Origin: Chamaesiphon sp.
Lineage (GTDB): Bacteria; Cyanobacteriota; Cyanobacteriia; Cyanobacteriales; Chamaesiphonaceae
Direction of reading: 5' to 3'
Length of the DNA: 64,000 bases
NCBI GenBank assembly: GCA_965246715.1
Contig: CBDFFH010000021.1
Span: forward strand, 64,001 to 128,000
A program made the translations under genes and the position numbers. The notes beneath the pieces are model-generated. The model was not told the DNA's origin, ran no database searches, and saw only the letters and a program-made list of their open reading frames with translations. This document shows, piece after piece, positions 19,764 to 30,323 of this stretch. Positions within the stretch are counted from its first letter, which is position 1. Every line of letters starts with the position of its first letter.

Positions 19764-21977
19764 TTAGAGTTTTAATTTAGCTCGAACTAATTTGATTTCT
19801 TCATAACTATAACTATCGCCTAGATGCTCTTTAATTGGGGTGAGTCTTTCGGCTCCGACAGTATTAATGGCTTGCGCGATCGCGTTTTGCCGTTCGAGCG
19901 AGATAATGCGATCGAGATTAATTTCATAGCCACATTCGATCGTTTTAATTAGATGATCGAGAATTGTCGACTCGCGCATACTCCGCTCGATCGCAATTTC
20001 GGCGATATTCAAACCTCGTTGGTAAAAATCTAGGGTTTGTAACTGGCTAGAGGAGACATCGCTTTTGGTAGGTGTATGCGCGACTAATGGCGGAGTCGGT
20101 TCGGTTTCCGTGAGGATTGGCAAGCCAGATTCGCTTCTAAATGCTCTGATTTCGGCGGTGAACATTTCACCATATTGAGCGAGTTTGCGTGCGCCTACGC
20201 CGGAAATTTGGGCGAATTGGGCGAGGGTTTGGGGTTGTTGTTGTGCCATCAAGCGCAGGCTGGAATCGGCGAAGATGACGTAGGGGGGAACTTTGTTTGC
20301 GTCAGCATATTGTTTGCGGAGTTTTTGGAGGCGGTTGTATAAGGATTGAATTTCATCAGAGTTGGTACCGATCTCCATCCTTTCTGCTTTGGCTATCGTC
20401 GGTGTAATCGCGATTTCAACTTTGCGTTCGCCTTTGAGAATTTCCCAGCTCGAGGGGTTAAGCGTCAAAACTGAATAACCATCGCTAGTTTCATCGACTA
20501 AGCCTTGATGGAGCAGGGATCTACCCAACATGCGCCATTCATCTTGAGTGCGATCTTTGCCGATTCCATAAGTGGATAGTGTATCGTGTCCGTTCTTCAA
20601 AACTCGATCGGCTTTAGAGCCGCGCAAGACATCGATGGTATAATTCAAGCCAAAATTACGCCCCTGTTTGCTAAATCGCGCAACGCAGGATAATAATTTT
20701 TGAGATTCGATCGTCCAGTCAGAAATCGGTCGAGGATACTTACAGTTATCGCAATTATCGCAGTTGCCAGGAAAACTCTCACCAAAGTAACCTAATTGAA
20801 TGATGCGCCGACATTCGCTGGCTTCGGCATAATTAATCACACGGCGCAATTGTTGGGTAGCAATTCGCTGTTCTTCTGCTAATGCTTCGCCAGTTTCACG
20901 ATCGATTTTTTGCGCAATCAAATACTCGATCGTTTTAATATCACCCATCCCAAAATACAGTGTACAGTGAGCGGATTCGCCATCGCGCCCAGCGCGCCCC
21001 GATTCTTGATAATATCCTTCGATATTTCGAGGTAGATCGTAATGAATTACGGATCGCACGTCGGGTTTATTAATTCCCATCCCAAAGGCAACTGTCGCGA
21101 TCATCCACTGGACATCATCACGGATAAAACTAGTTTGATTATTAGTTCTGGTTTCGCTGTCTAATCCCGCATGATAAGGTAAAGCCTTGATACCATCTTG
21201 CAATAGCTTATGTGTCAGCTCATCAACCTTCTTCCGACTCAAACAATAGATAATTCCTGCACCATCGGTCTTTTTTACTTGCGCGAGTAATTCGCGATAG
21301 GGAGTAGTGGTCTTGCGCCGGACTTCGTAATATAAATTCGGGCGATTGAAGCTAGCAACGTGAATATCTGGGTCGCGTAGATCGAGCTGCTTGATGATAT
21401 CCTGGCGAACGCGATCTGTTGCTGTTGCCGTCAATCCTAGGAATGGAACCTTGGGAAAATACTCGCGTAATTGAGATAATTTGCGATAGTCAGGACGAAA
21501 ATCGTGACCCCATTCCGATACACAATGTGCTTCGTCGATCGCAAAGCAAGCAATGCCAACTTCTTGATGCAGATCTACTAAAAAGTTGGTAATAAACTCC
21601 TGATTCAAGCGTTCGGGTGCAACATATAATAATTTGATCTCACCGTTGTAAATCGCTGCTGCCCGATCGCGTCTTTCTTCAGTACTAATACTACTATTTA
21701 AAAAGGTGGCTGCAATTCCATTGTCCGCCAACTGTTGCACCTGATCTTGCATCAATGCGATCAATGGAGATACAACAATCGTCACACCTTGTTTGAGTAA
21801 TGCTGGCAACTGAAAACAGAGCGATTTACCGCCCCCAGTTGGCATGATTACCAACAGATCTTTATTTGCTAAAGCAGTAGTAATAATTTCTCGCTGTCCC
21901 GATCGAAACTCATCATACCCAAAATAATGCTTTAATGCCTGTTCTAGGGTTTCAAATTGGGTAGAGCCAGCAAGCAT
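19764..21977 (-). CDS. recQ: DNA helicase RecQ
   Basis: PTGGGKS, DEAH, TATA and QESGRAGRDG motifs, Zn-binding Cys cluster, RQC and HRDC domains. Confidence 0.97.
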   Translation of the reverse strand: MLAGSTQFETLEQALKHYFGYDEFRSGQREIITTALANKDLLVIMPTGGGKSLCFQLPALLKQGVTIVVSPLIALMQDQVQQLADNGIAATFLNSSISTEERRDRAAAIYNGEIKLLYVAPERLNQEFITNFLVDLHQEVGIACFAIDEAHCVSEWGHDFRPDYRKLSQLREYFPKVPFLGLTATATDRVRQDIIKQLDLRDPDIHVASFNRPNLYYEVRRKTTTPYRELLAQVKKTDGAGIIYCLSRKKVDELTHKLLQDGIKALPYHAGLDSETRTNNQTSFIRDDVQWMIATVAFGMGINKPDVRSVIHYDLPRNIEGYYQESGRAGRDGESAHCTLYFGMGDIKTIEYLIAQKIDRETGEALAEEQRIATQQLRRVINYAEASECRRIIQLGYFGESFPGNCDNCDNCKYPRPISDWTIESQKLLSCVARFSKQGRNFGLNYTIDVLRGSKADRVLKNGHDTLSTYGIGKDRTQDEWRMLGRSLLHQGLVDETSDGYSVLTLNPSSWEILKGERKVEIAITPTIAKAERMEIGTNSDEIQSLYNRLQKLRKQYADANKVPPYVIFADSSLRLMAQQQPQTLAQFAQISGVGARKLAQYGEMFTAEIRAFRSESGLPILTETEPTPPLVAHTPTKSDVSSSQLQTLDFYQRGLNIAEIAIERSMRESTILDHLIKTIECGYEINLDRIISLERQNAIAQAINTVGAERLTPIKEHLGDSYSYEEIKLVRAKLKL

Positions 21978-22376
21978 AAGGGTTGGGAGTTGGGAGTTGG
22001 GAGTTGGGAAAGAGAATACTCAAATTAGTATGTCAAAGAGTATACAGTACGTGGTTCAAAAATACTAGCGATCGATCGAGCTAAACCAATTTTAGCGACT
22101 TTTCAGCCAGGAGTGTCGGCGATGTCTCAACTACATACTTGATATATATTCTAATCGATTTACCGTACTGCTCTGGCTAGTTTGGTTCTGGTGCTTGAAC
22201 TGTGCTTACGTATTCGCAAGATTCGATCGCTACTAAATAGGTCTACATTTTACGGGATATTTAGCAATGCTTGTCAGATGCAAATGAATTGGGAGTTAAT
22301 TTAACTACAAAGGTAAACAAATAACTTTTCCTCCTTTATGGTGCTCTCAGACAACCCTCCTCCAAACAATAATTTT

Positions 22377-23053
22377 GTGAAGACATCCATCGCATCGCAG
22401 TTAATACTTGCCTCGCTACTCTTACTTCCCTATCCCTAGTAGGTGTGGCAAATTCAGCCCAAGCTGCGACGGTACAGTTTACAGAGTTGGCATCCTTTCA
22501 AGCTAATACAACCGGACTAACAACTATCGACTTTGAAGGATTAGCGGCTGGTGCTTTTCCGCAAAATTACCCTAATCCTGCTGGATTAACTACGAGTGGA
22601 GTTAAGTTTACCGCTTCAAACAACCGCCTATTTGTCGCCAACCCAGCAGCAGGTCCTAATTATAATTGGGGTTCTGGTGCAGTTTTAGCTACCGATATAA
22701 GTGGCCTAATCACTGTAATCCTGCCATCTGGTGTTACGGCTGTGGGTAGCGATATCATGAGCATTTCTCCTTATGCAGCTCCTTTTTCCATCACTCTATC
22801 AACAGGTGAGACATTTAATCAAAGTTCACTTAATTATCCCAATCGTCAGTTTGTGGGTTTTACTTCCGATACTGCTATTACTTCGATGTTATTTCAGGCT
22901 AGTAGCTTGAGCCAGAATTTAGATAACTTCAGATTTGGCACTGCTGCTAATGTGTCTACATCTGTCCCCGAACCTTTTACCGTTATCGGTACATTAGTTG
23001 GCGGTACCGTAGCACTACGGATGAGAAAGAAACTCAAATCGGCTCACAAGTAG
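22377..23053 (+). CDS. PEP-CTERM protein, signal peptide apparently frameshifted
   Basis: C-terminal VPEPFTVIGTLVGGTVALRMRKKLK. GTG at 22377 (MKTSIASQLILA) is out of frame with LATLTSLSLVGVANSAQA leading into ORF 22445..23053. Confidence 0.75.
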
Positions 23054-23087
23054 CAAATAATTTGTAGGATCTCGCACATCGTGTTTA

Positions 23088-23119
23088 GGGTAGGGGTAAT
23101 TCATGAATTACCCCTACCC
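23088..23119. repeat. REP palindrome GGGTAGGGGTAATTCATGAATTACCCCTACCC
   Basis: Perfect palindrome of the same family as the core at 8008-8035. Confidence 0.85.
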
Positions 23120-23175
23120 GATCTTTATTGCTAAAATAGTGCTAAATAATGCTAATAAATTCAGGATACTAACAA

Positions 23176-23514
23176 ATGACAGTGGAAGAGATAGACTTAA
23201 TTTTACAGAAGATTGTCGTTTCTCAACGGGAATTTCAAGAGGAAGTTCGGACGATCGTTCGCTCCAACGATCGCACTATTCAGGCGATACTAGACCAAAC
23301 GGCAACAGATCGGTTAAAAAGGGATGAAGAAAGATCGGAGCACGAACGCAGAATCCAACTACTTGAAGCTAATAACCAAATTCTCGCCAACACCCAACAA
23401 GGAGTTGCCGCATTGCTAGGATCTATCGATGAAGACCGTCCTACGATTTTACGCAAGCTCAGCACGATCGAGCAAAAGACCGATTCTATCCTCGATCGAT
23501 TATCTCCAAATTAG
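23176..23514 (+). CDS. Hypothetical coiled-coil protein
   Basis: Heptad-rich 112-aa ORF with a cyanobacterial-type ending (DEDRPTILRKL). Confidence 0.7.
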   Translation: MTVEEIDLILQKIVVSQREFQEEVRTIVRSNDRTIQAILDQTATDRLKRDEERSEHERRIQLLEANNQILANTQQGVAALLGSIDEDRPTILRKLSTIEQKTDSILDRLSPN

Positions 23515-23522
23515 TATTTTTA

Positions 23523-23753
23523 TTAGTGCGAATGATACAAAAAATCATCCGCCTCAATCCCTGTCTGTTTTAGGATCTGGCGGAGAGTGCCTTCAGGCAT
23601 ATCCCCATTATGATTGGGGACGGTAGTATACTTACCTGTACTGTCATTAAACCAGATTTCATGGCTGCCAGAAGCTTGCCTGTCTAGTGCATATCCATAA
23701 ACTCGCAACACCTTGGCTACTTCCCGGTACCTGAAACCCGATAACCTACCCAT
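23523..23753 (-). CDS. hicA: HicA family toxin
   Basis: RQASGSHEIW, TTVPNH and GTLRQILKQ motifs. Confidence 0.92.
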   Translation of the reverse strand: MGRLSGFRYREVAKVLRVYGYALDRQASGSHEIWFNDSTGKYTTVPNHNGDMPEGTLRQILKQTGIEADDFLYHSH

Positions 23754-23758
23754 CCCGT

Positions 23759-23992
23759 CTATTTACTTAGTACTAGAGGGCAATCAAATTCATCAGCTAA
23801 CATTGGGAAACATTCTATTTGCTGATTGCGTTCTGCCATTGCTGCCAGGATTTGCTTAGCAACATCTTCAGCGATTTTCAGTGTTTCCGAGAGACTTGGT
23901 GCTTGAGCGATCAATCCGGGCAATGCATCTGAAGTTGCTAAATAGTAGCCTTCAGGTAGTTTCTCGATATGAACGTTAATGAGTCTTTCCAC
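23759..23992 (-). CDS. hicB: HicB/DUF1902 family antitoxin
   Basis: IEKLPEGYYLATSDALPGLIAQA..LSE; probable GTG start at 23992; immediately upstream of hicA. Confidence 0.85.
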   Translation of the reverse strand: MERLINVHIEKLPEGYYLATSDALPGLIAQAPSLSETLKIAEDVAKQILAAMAERNQQIECFPMLADEFDCPLVLSK

Positions 23993-24151
23993 TGAATTAT
24001 CGTCGTACAATTTTAAGATTTCGGTAAAATTATTTAAAAGCAGGCTAGTTATCGCCATGAAATCGATTCAGTACTAGTTTAATTATCTCATACCTACTCA
24101 GCTAGTGCTAGTTGCCAAATCCGATCTTAAGTTTAAATTCAGTAACTTAGC

Positions 24152-24628
24152 TTACAAATTGCCGTACTTAGTATCAGATCTCGATCTCCGATCGGTTTGT
24201 ACTGAAGAAGTTGCTGTCAGTGAAGATAATTCCGCCAGCAAGGTTTCTTGTTCGCGTGCGAGCGCCTGTAATCGATCGACGATGCGCTCGATTCGCTCTG
24301 GGGTAGTTGTTTTAGTTAGCTGCCCTGCACTGGGATTATTATGCCCAAATATCCGCGAGATCGATCCCCAGATGAGTCCAAATATCGGCTGAAGCAGTCT
24401 AAATGGAGTTTTGAGGAGAAATAACCACATCTGCTCGATGCCCCGACCGATCGCTTTAATCAGTCCCCACAGGGAGAATATTGCCAATAGCAGCAGGAGT
24501 AAACTGGGAATTGGATGCGATAGCGCCCAAGCGAGATATGGATGTTGCCCCAACCATTGGCTAACATAGTTAGCAATTGCCTGTTCGATCGCTGCCGAAA
24601 TGTCCATAACTAGGTTAGCGGTTTGCAA
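24152..24628 (-). CDS. Hypothetical membrane protein
   Basis: Hydrophobic segments followed by a C-terminal coiled coil. Confidence 0.7.
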   Translation of the reverse strand: MQTANLVMDISAAIEQAIANYVSQWLGQHPYLAWALSHPIPSLLLLLLAIFSLWGLIKAIGRGIEQMWLFLLKTPFRLLQPIFGLIWGSISRIFGHNNPSAGQLTKTTTPERIERIVDRLQALAREQETLLAELSSLTATSSVQTDRRSRSDTKYGNL

Positions 24629-24770
24629 GAATATCCACTCTGATTCAATTGTCGATCCATATCTTCTACTTTACCAATCCAAATTTTCATGAGGGCAATA
24701 TCAATCGATCGCATATTTCCGCTCTCATTACCCAAGCTTATATTCTGGCAGCCTTCATGGTCGCAAACTT

Positions 24771-24877
24771 GGTGCTAATAGTGCAAAGTCCGCCTTCGCG
24801 GACTTTGCACTATTAGCACCGATTTCAATCGAGTGCGGTGCTTGAACGAAGCAAATATCCTTAACCCGAACTCACGT
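24771..24877. mobile_element. MITE remnant: perfect 50-bp palindrome plus a TAACCCGAACTCACGT end
   Basis: 23-bp arms GGTGCTAATAGTGCAAAGTCCGC; right part matches 53120-53188 and the 46977 TIR. Confidence 0.8.
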
Positions 24878-24939
24878 TAATTAAAGATATTACAATAATT
24901 TGGCAAACTAATTAAACTCGATCGAATCCAGCTTAAATC

Positions 24940-25240
24940 ATGTACAAATTTTTAGCCTCAGTCAGCGGAGCGATCTGCTTATTTTCAGCCTTTGTCGTCG
25001 CAGCGGCACCCTCAGAGCAAAAGCCTCAAAGCTTTGCCCAATGGTGTCTCCAGAGAAACTCTGTACCTGCAGATAGTAGACATACGATCGATGTTTTACT
25101 AACAAAAGCTGGTACCAACAATTAACAATAAAATCGTCGATGTCAAACCACTAGCGGGGTTAAGTAACTTGAATAATCTCTGGCTTCAGACTTAACCCAA
25201 CTGCGATCGCATCTGCCTCAGCTTAGTAACCCGATCGTTA
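24940..25240 (+). pseudogene. Internally deleted leucine-rich-repeat (internalin-like) protein
   Basis: Signal peptide + SFAQWC...TIDVLL..AGT cap, stop at 25125, then one out-of-frame LRR NNKIVDVKPLAGLSNLNNLWL and another stop. Confidence 0.7.
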
Positions 25241-25299
25241 CTTCAGTAAAAACCGATCGGCAGAACGATCGATCGTCGAGCGGATCCAATGCTCAAACC

Positions 25300-26598
25300 C
25301 TAAACATTCGGATTGGCACCCAGGCTCTCGCTATCGAGGTTAAATAGTACCTGCAGGGTTTGGACTGCTTTTTTTCTTGCCTTTGTATCTTGCTGAGCGC
25401 GTAATTGAATCATCGGATCGTGAAGAATTTTGTTGATAATTCCTTTTGTTAGTGCCTCGATCGCTTCTTGGTGGCGTTCGCCAAACTCCGATCCGAGTCT
25501 CGATAGGGCTTTTTCTAGCTCTTGGATGCGAATTTTCTCCATTTTATCGCGGAGACAACCGATCGTAGGCACAGTATCGAGAAATCTCCACCAACTATTG
25601 AAATTCTCGACTTCTTCCGCGAGGATGCCTTCGGCTTCTTGAGCCATTTTGCGGCGGCTTTCTTGATTTTGGGCGACGACGGCTTTGAGATCGTCGACAT
25701 TGAAGGCTTGAATATTTGCCAGGGTATTGGCATCGCTATCGACATTCCGAGGCACGGAAATATCAAAAATCATTAACGCTCGATCGGGATCTAAGACTGC
25801 TTCTAATTTAGCCGCATTTAACAATGGTTCGGTGGCGGAAGTACTAGTGAAGACGATCGTCGAAGTCGAGATCTTCGCCATCATATCCTCGATCGGGTGG
25901 ATTTGCAGCTCGATCGCGGTAAACATCAGCTTGAGATCTTCGGCACGTTTGGCGGAGCGATTTAAAATCGTGACATCCTTTGCCCCTTTGGAAATCAAAT
26001 GCTGCACCAGCAGGCGGGACATTTTACCCGCACCGAGAATCGCAATCCGATGCTCGCTAAAGTCTTTGACTTTCATGTGCGCCAATTCTACTGCTGCCGA
26101 GCTAATCGAGACGGCTCCTGTGCCGATACTCGTCTCGGTACGCACTCGTTTGCCAGCAGTCAGCGCTTGCTTGAAGAGGCGATTGAGGATCGGCCCCATA
26201 CCTTGGTACTGTTGACCGATTTTATGTGTTTGTTTGACTTGGGCGAGGATTTGGCCTTCGCCTAATACCAGACTATCCAAGCCGCCAGCTACCCGCATCA
26301 GATGCATCACGGCATCTTCATGGAGGAGGATAAATAAATGTTGTTTGAGATCGGCAAGTGAGAGTTTACCAAACTCTGCTAGAAATTGGATCGCTTCTTG
26401 CACGCCTCGATCGGCTGTCGGGGTGACGATATAGATTTCTAAGCGATTGCAAGTGCTCAGAATAGTGGCTTCTTGGATGTGGTGCCGATCGCACAGGTTT
26501 TGAATCGCTGCTTCCATCTGCGTATCTGGTACGCTGAGTTTTTCTCTGATGTCCACAGGTGCGGTTTTATGACTCAAACCGATGACAGCAATATTCAT
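25300..26598 (-). CDS. hemA: Glutamyl-tRNA reductase
   Basis: [22 protein letters not shown] and GAGKMS motifs. Confidence 0.97.
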   Translation of the reverse strand: MNIAVIGLSHKTAPVDIREKLSVPDTQMEAAIQNLCDRHHIQEATILSTCNRLEIYIVTPTADRGVQEAIQFLAEFGKLSLADLKQHLFILLHEDAVMHLMRVAGGLDSLVLGEGQILAQVKQTHKIGQQYQGMGPILNRLFKQALTAGKRVRTETSIGTGAVSISSAAVELAHMKVKDFSEHRIAILGAGKMSRLLVQHLISKGAKDVTILNRSAKRAEDLKLMFTAIELQIHPIEDMMAKISTSTIVFTSTSATEPLLNAAKLEAVLDPDRALMIFDISVPRNVDSDANTLANIQAFNVDDLKAVVAQNQESRRKMAQEAEGILAEEVENFNSWWRFLDTVPTIGCLRDKMEKIRIQELEKALSRLGSEFGERHQEAIEALTKGIINKILHDPMIQLRAQQDTKARKKAVQTLQVLFNLDSESLGANPNV

Positions 26599-26912
26599 AT
26601 TCGCTCCACGTCCAAAAAGATAAGTATTTTAAAATTTTGTTATTTAAGTTACGGACATTCGGGAACGATCGAAGCATGATGTATGCTATCGGTCTCACGC
26701 TCGATAATCCGAATTGGTTATTGTATATAATCGTTGTCTATCTTGCTGCAATCTTGGCGTGTTGTAAACGTTTTGTCACGGTTCTTCATTCTCGAGAATA
26801 GGGGAGCGGGAGCGGGCAGAAAAACGCTGGGCTGTTCAGGTAACTTTGACGCTTCATCTCCCAGTATCTTCTATTCTATTCCCTAATTCCGCTCCCCTAA
26901 ACGCTATTGTAC

Positions 26913-27950
26913 CTAGTGCAAGCTAATCGTGCCGCCTTTGCCATTCATGTGAATAGTGTCTACAAACCGAGCGGTTTTGGACTGACTGGAGATGACCAGA
27001 GTGTGAGTACGTGCGCCACCTTTGAAGAAGCGAACGCCATCCATGATGTTACCAGAGGTGATTCCAGTTCCAGCAAACAGGACGTTTTGACCGCAAGCTA
27101 GTTCTTCAGCAGTATAAACTTTATCGGGATCGGTGATGCCCATGCTCTTGAGCCGATCGATGTTGGCTTCCTTGCTTTCGCCGATCAAGCCAGTTTTGAC
27201 GACCGCAGGATCGTAAATGAGTTGACCTTGGAAGTGAGCATCCATACAACGCAGAGCTGCTGCGGAGATTACGCCTTCAGGTGCTGCACCGATACCCATC
27301 AGGGCATGAATGCCTGTTCCAGCAAAGCCACAGTTGATCGCGGCACCAACGTCACCATCGCTGATCAGTGCAACCCGCGCACCTGCTGCCCGAATTTCGG
27401 CAATCAGATCGTTATGGCGTTCGCGTTTCATCACGACGACGACTAATTCTTCGATCGAGCGATCGAGACACTGAGATAAAATTTTCAGGTTTTCAGTAGC
27501 AGATTTATTAATATCTACTTTACCTTTGGCAGCTGGAGGTGCGGCTAATTTCTTCATGTAGAAGTCAGGCGCTGCAAACAAACCACCTTTCTCGGAGATC
27601 GCGAGTACGGCCATCGAGCCAGGTTGTCCGTATGCGCAGAGGTTGGTACCTTCGCAAGGATCGACTGCGATATCGATTTCGAGCAATTCATCGATGGTAC
27701 ACAATTCAGCAGCGTTAGGTTGAGAACAAATCCCTACTTCTTCGCCGATGTACAACATCGGTGCGTCGTCGCGCTCGCCTTCACCGATCACGATCCGTCC
27801 GCGCATGTGGATTTTGTTCATCCGTTCGCGCATTGCTTCAACCGCAACCCGATCGGCTTCATTTTTGTCCCCCTTACCCATCAATCGTGCAGACGCGATC
27901 GCCGCTTGCTCGACTACTTCTATAATTTCTAAACCTAAACTATTTTCCAC
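26913..27950 (-). CDS. glpX: Class II fructose-1,6-/sedoheptulose-1,7-bisphosphatase
   Basis: [25 protein letters not shown] and GIGAAPEGV motifs. Confidence 0.97.
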   Translation of the reverse strand: MENSLGLEIIEVVEQAAIASARLMGKGDKNEADRVAVEAMRERMNKIHMRGRIVIGEGERDDAPMLYIGEEVGICSQPNAAELCTIDELLEIDIAVDPCEGTNLCAYGQPGSMAVLAISEKGGLFAAPDFYMKKLAAPPAAKGKVDINKSATENLKILSQCLDRSIEELVVVVMKRERHNDLIAEIRAAGARVALISDGDVGAAINCGFAGTGIHALMGIGAAPEGVISAAALRCMDAHFQGQLIYDPAVVKTGLIGESKEANIDRLKSMGITDPDKVYTAEELACGQNVLFAGTGITSGNIMDGVRFFKGGARTHTLVISSQSKTARFVDTIHMNGKGGTISLH

Positions 27951-28625
27951 AGCTATTCGCTCCCAAAGGGCTTTATTTATAGGGATTTCAGTCTACAAGT
28001 CTACCAGAGCGTGGGGACACCCGTACATTTATCTATCGTTTTGTCTCGCGATCGAGCTGTCCGAACTTGCTGACGACACGCCTTGAATTCACTATTTTTA
28101 AGCGAATCGACTCAACCAGATCGAGACCAAATTATGCTAATGTTACACCAATTTTATAAATCCCCCACTCGCAGATCTCGATCCGGCAGTAGATCCCTTG
28201 CTCCAGCTAGTATGCGATCGAGTCGATAATTCGATGTTAGAGGATTGGGATCGCCACTATGTTGCGATCTCCATTCTGTTGGTGTGCGAATCGCTCGATC
28301 TGTGTACTCCGCAAATTGCTGATTTTTTGATTTCAGCCGCTAACTCTGACGAAATAGCAATCTCAGAATTGTTCGATGGCTGCCTAAGAGCGGAAAAAGG
28401 TTAATCGATCGCTCACCAATCGCAGGCGATCGATCGACAAATATCGCCTATGTTCCGTAGGATTACTCAGGGAAAAACAATCTCGGTTTGGTAGGTTCTC
28501 AAATATCGGTGAATTTGCGGCTGTGAGATCGATACGCGATCGCCGTGAATAAATGTATATAAGTAAAAACCATGTAAGTATAGTACTTACTTTTAATCTA
28601 TCACCATTTATCGACCCCACATCTC

Positions 28626-30053
28626 ATGGCAAACCCCACCGATCGAGAGCAAGAATTATTAGAACTGGTCAACCGGATTAGAACGGCACCACAAGCGGAA
28701 TTGGCGCTGCTCCTCAATGCTTCAGCTGCAGATGCGAAGATTATCAGCAGTGCTTTAGCCGACTATGGTGTCAAGCTAGAAACGCTCAAAACGCAGTGGC
28801 AAGCTCTGCAAGCTGTCGCACCAGTGGCTTGGTCTAGCGAACTCAATATTGCCGCTGCCGCACATAATGGCGAAATGATTGCAGCGGACGTGCAAGCTCA
28901 TCAAGTCACTGGTGAAAAAACGTTCGGCGAGCGGCTCAAAGCAGCTAACTATACCTTTACGATCGCGCGCGAAAATCTCTATGCCTATGCTAGCTCGGTC
29001 TTCGAGGCGGAAGCAGCACTCGCGATCGATTGGGGGAATGGGGTCGATGGCATCCAAACTCCAGCCGAACATCGGGAATTTCTGCTGGCTGGCGATGTCC
29101 GGGAAGTCGGGATCGCCATCACCCCACAACCCAATACCACCAGGCAACTCGGGCCGTTAGTTGTGACTCAAGATTTTGGTAATCGGGAGGCATTGAAGGG
29201 AAAAGCGTATCTACTGGGTGTCGCTTTTGAAGATAAAAATGGCGATACTTGGTATGAAGCAGGCGAAGGACTCAATGATGTCCAACTAAAAATTACTGGC
29301 ATCAATGGAACTAACTTCACTAAAACGATCGCTCCTGGCGCGGCTGGCGGCTATCAGGAACTGCTCGATCCCGGACGCTATCAAGTTGACTTTCTCCGCA
29401 ATGGTAATACTGTCGGTCGGCGTGTGAGGACGATCGATGCTAATGCAGCTAATATCAAAGTGGATCTAGTCTTACCCGTTAGTAATCTCAATAGTCTGCA
29501 GAATGCTGCAACTGCGGGTAGCAATGCACTCGATTTTCGTACCGATAATACCCAAGCTCAACCCGATTTAACGGGGAAGAAATTGGCGCTGAGCTTTAGC
29601 AATGTCTCCGCCGATGCTACCTATCACAATTATGGTGGGATCTATCGCGTACAGGATGATGTGGGAACTGTCATCGATCCGACAACTGGAGCGTCTTACA
29701 AGCCTGGAGATACTGGCTACATCGCTGCCGCATTACGCCGTGCTAATCTGGAAAATAGCGGTCAAGTCCAACTCGACAATCAAAATACCAGTAATCCGGC
29801 TAAATTTACCGTCGATGGTGGATATCGGTATGGAATGTTTGTGGTTGCAGATGGGACGATCGATCGCGCACTCACCACGACAGATCCAGCCAAGGCACCA
29901 CATGTCTACTTTAACTATCTAGCGGCGAATACCGATGGCAAGCAACACTTCCAGTCAGTGGGAAATAATTCGTTTGCAGTTGAAGATACCTTTAATCTCA
30001 CGAATAACGACTATAACGATCTGATTTTTACGGTTAATGCGAAAGTTGTTTAG
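28626..30053 (+). CDS. CAP (SCP) domain + SdrD-B-like + DUF4114 protein
   Basis: ELVNRIR...AAAAH...REN...HREFLL..EVGI...TQDFG (CAP); GVAFEDKNGD..YEAGEGL; terminal ED...DYNDLIF. Confidence 0.8.
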   Translation: MANPTDREQELLELVNRIRTAPQAELALLLNASAADAKIISSALADYGVKLETLKTQWQALQAVAPVAWSSELNIAAAAHNGEMIAADVQAHQVTGEKTFGERLKAANYTFTIARENLYAYASSVFEAEAALAIDWGNGVDGIQTPAEHREFLLAGDVREVGIAITPQPNTTRQLGPLVVTQDFGNREALKGKAYLLGVAFEDKNGDTWYEAGEGLNDVQLKITGINGTNFTKTIAPGAAGGYQELLDPGRYQVDFLRNGNTVGRRVRTIDANAANIKVDLVLPVSNLNSLQNAATAGSNALDFRTDNTQAQPDLTGKKLALSFSNVSADATYHNYGGIYRVQDDVGTVIDPTTGASYKPGDTGYIAAALRRANLENSGQVQLDNQNTSNPAKFTVDGGYRYGMFVVADGTIDRALTTTDPAKAPHVYFNYLAANTDGKQHFQSVGNNSFAVEDTFNLTNNDYNDLIFTVNAKVV

Positions 30054-30056
30054 TTA

Positions 30057-30260
30057 ACCCAAGTTGCTACCCATAACCTAAGCGGTTAGAAACCGCTGCT
30101 CGGAATACAAAGTCCGCCTGTCTTGAAAAGGTGCTCTACTTGGGGAAACCCCAAGACCGCACGTTTCGCTTCGCGGACTGAATATCTTAGTCCGCGAAGG
30201 CGGACTTCGCATCATTAGCCACGATTTCAATCGTAGGCGTTTCTGGGTAGAAACTTGGGT
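30057..30260. mobile_element. MITE with TIR ACCCAAGTT(G/T)CTACCCA flanked by TA, hairpin cargo with a nested 51-nt insert
   Basis: TA|ACCCAAGTTGCTACCCA...TGGGTAGAAACTTGGGT|TA; TAGTTA on both flanks. Confidence 0.88.
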
Positions 30261-30323
30261 TAGTTAGGGGAAAGGGGATCGTAAATAGGGGATAGTGGAT
30301 AGAGGGAATTATTCACGATCTTT

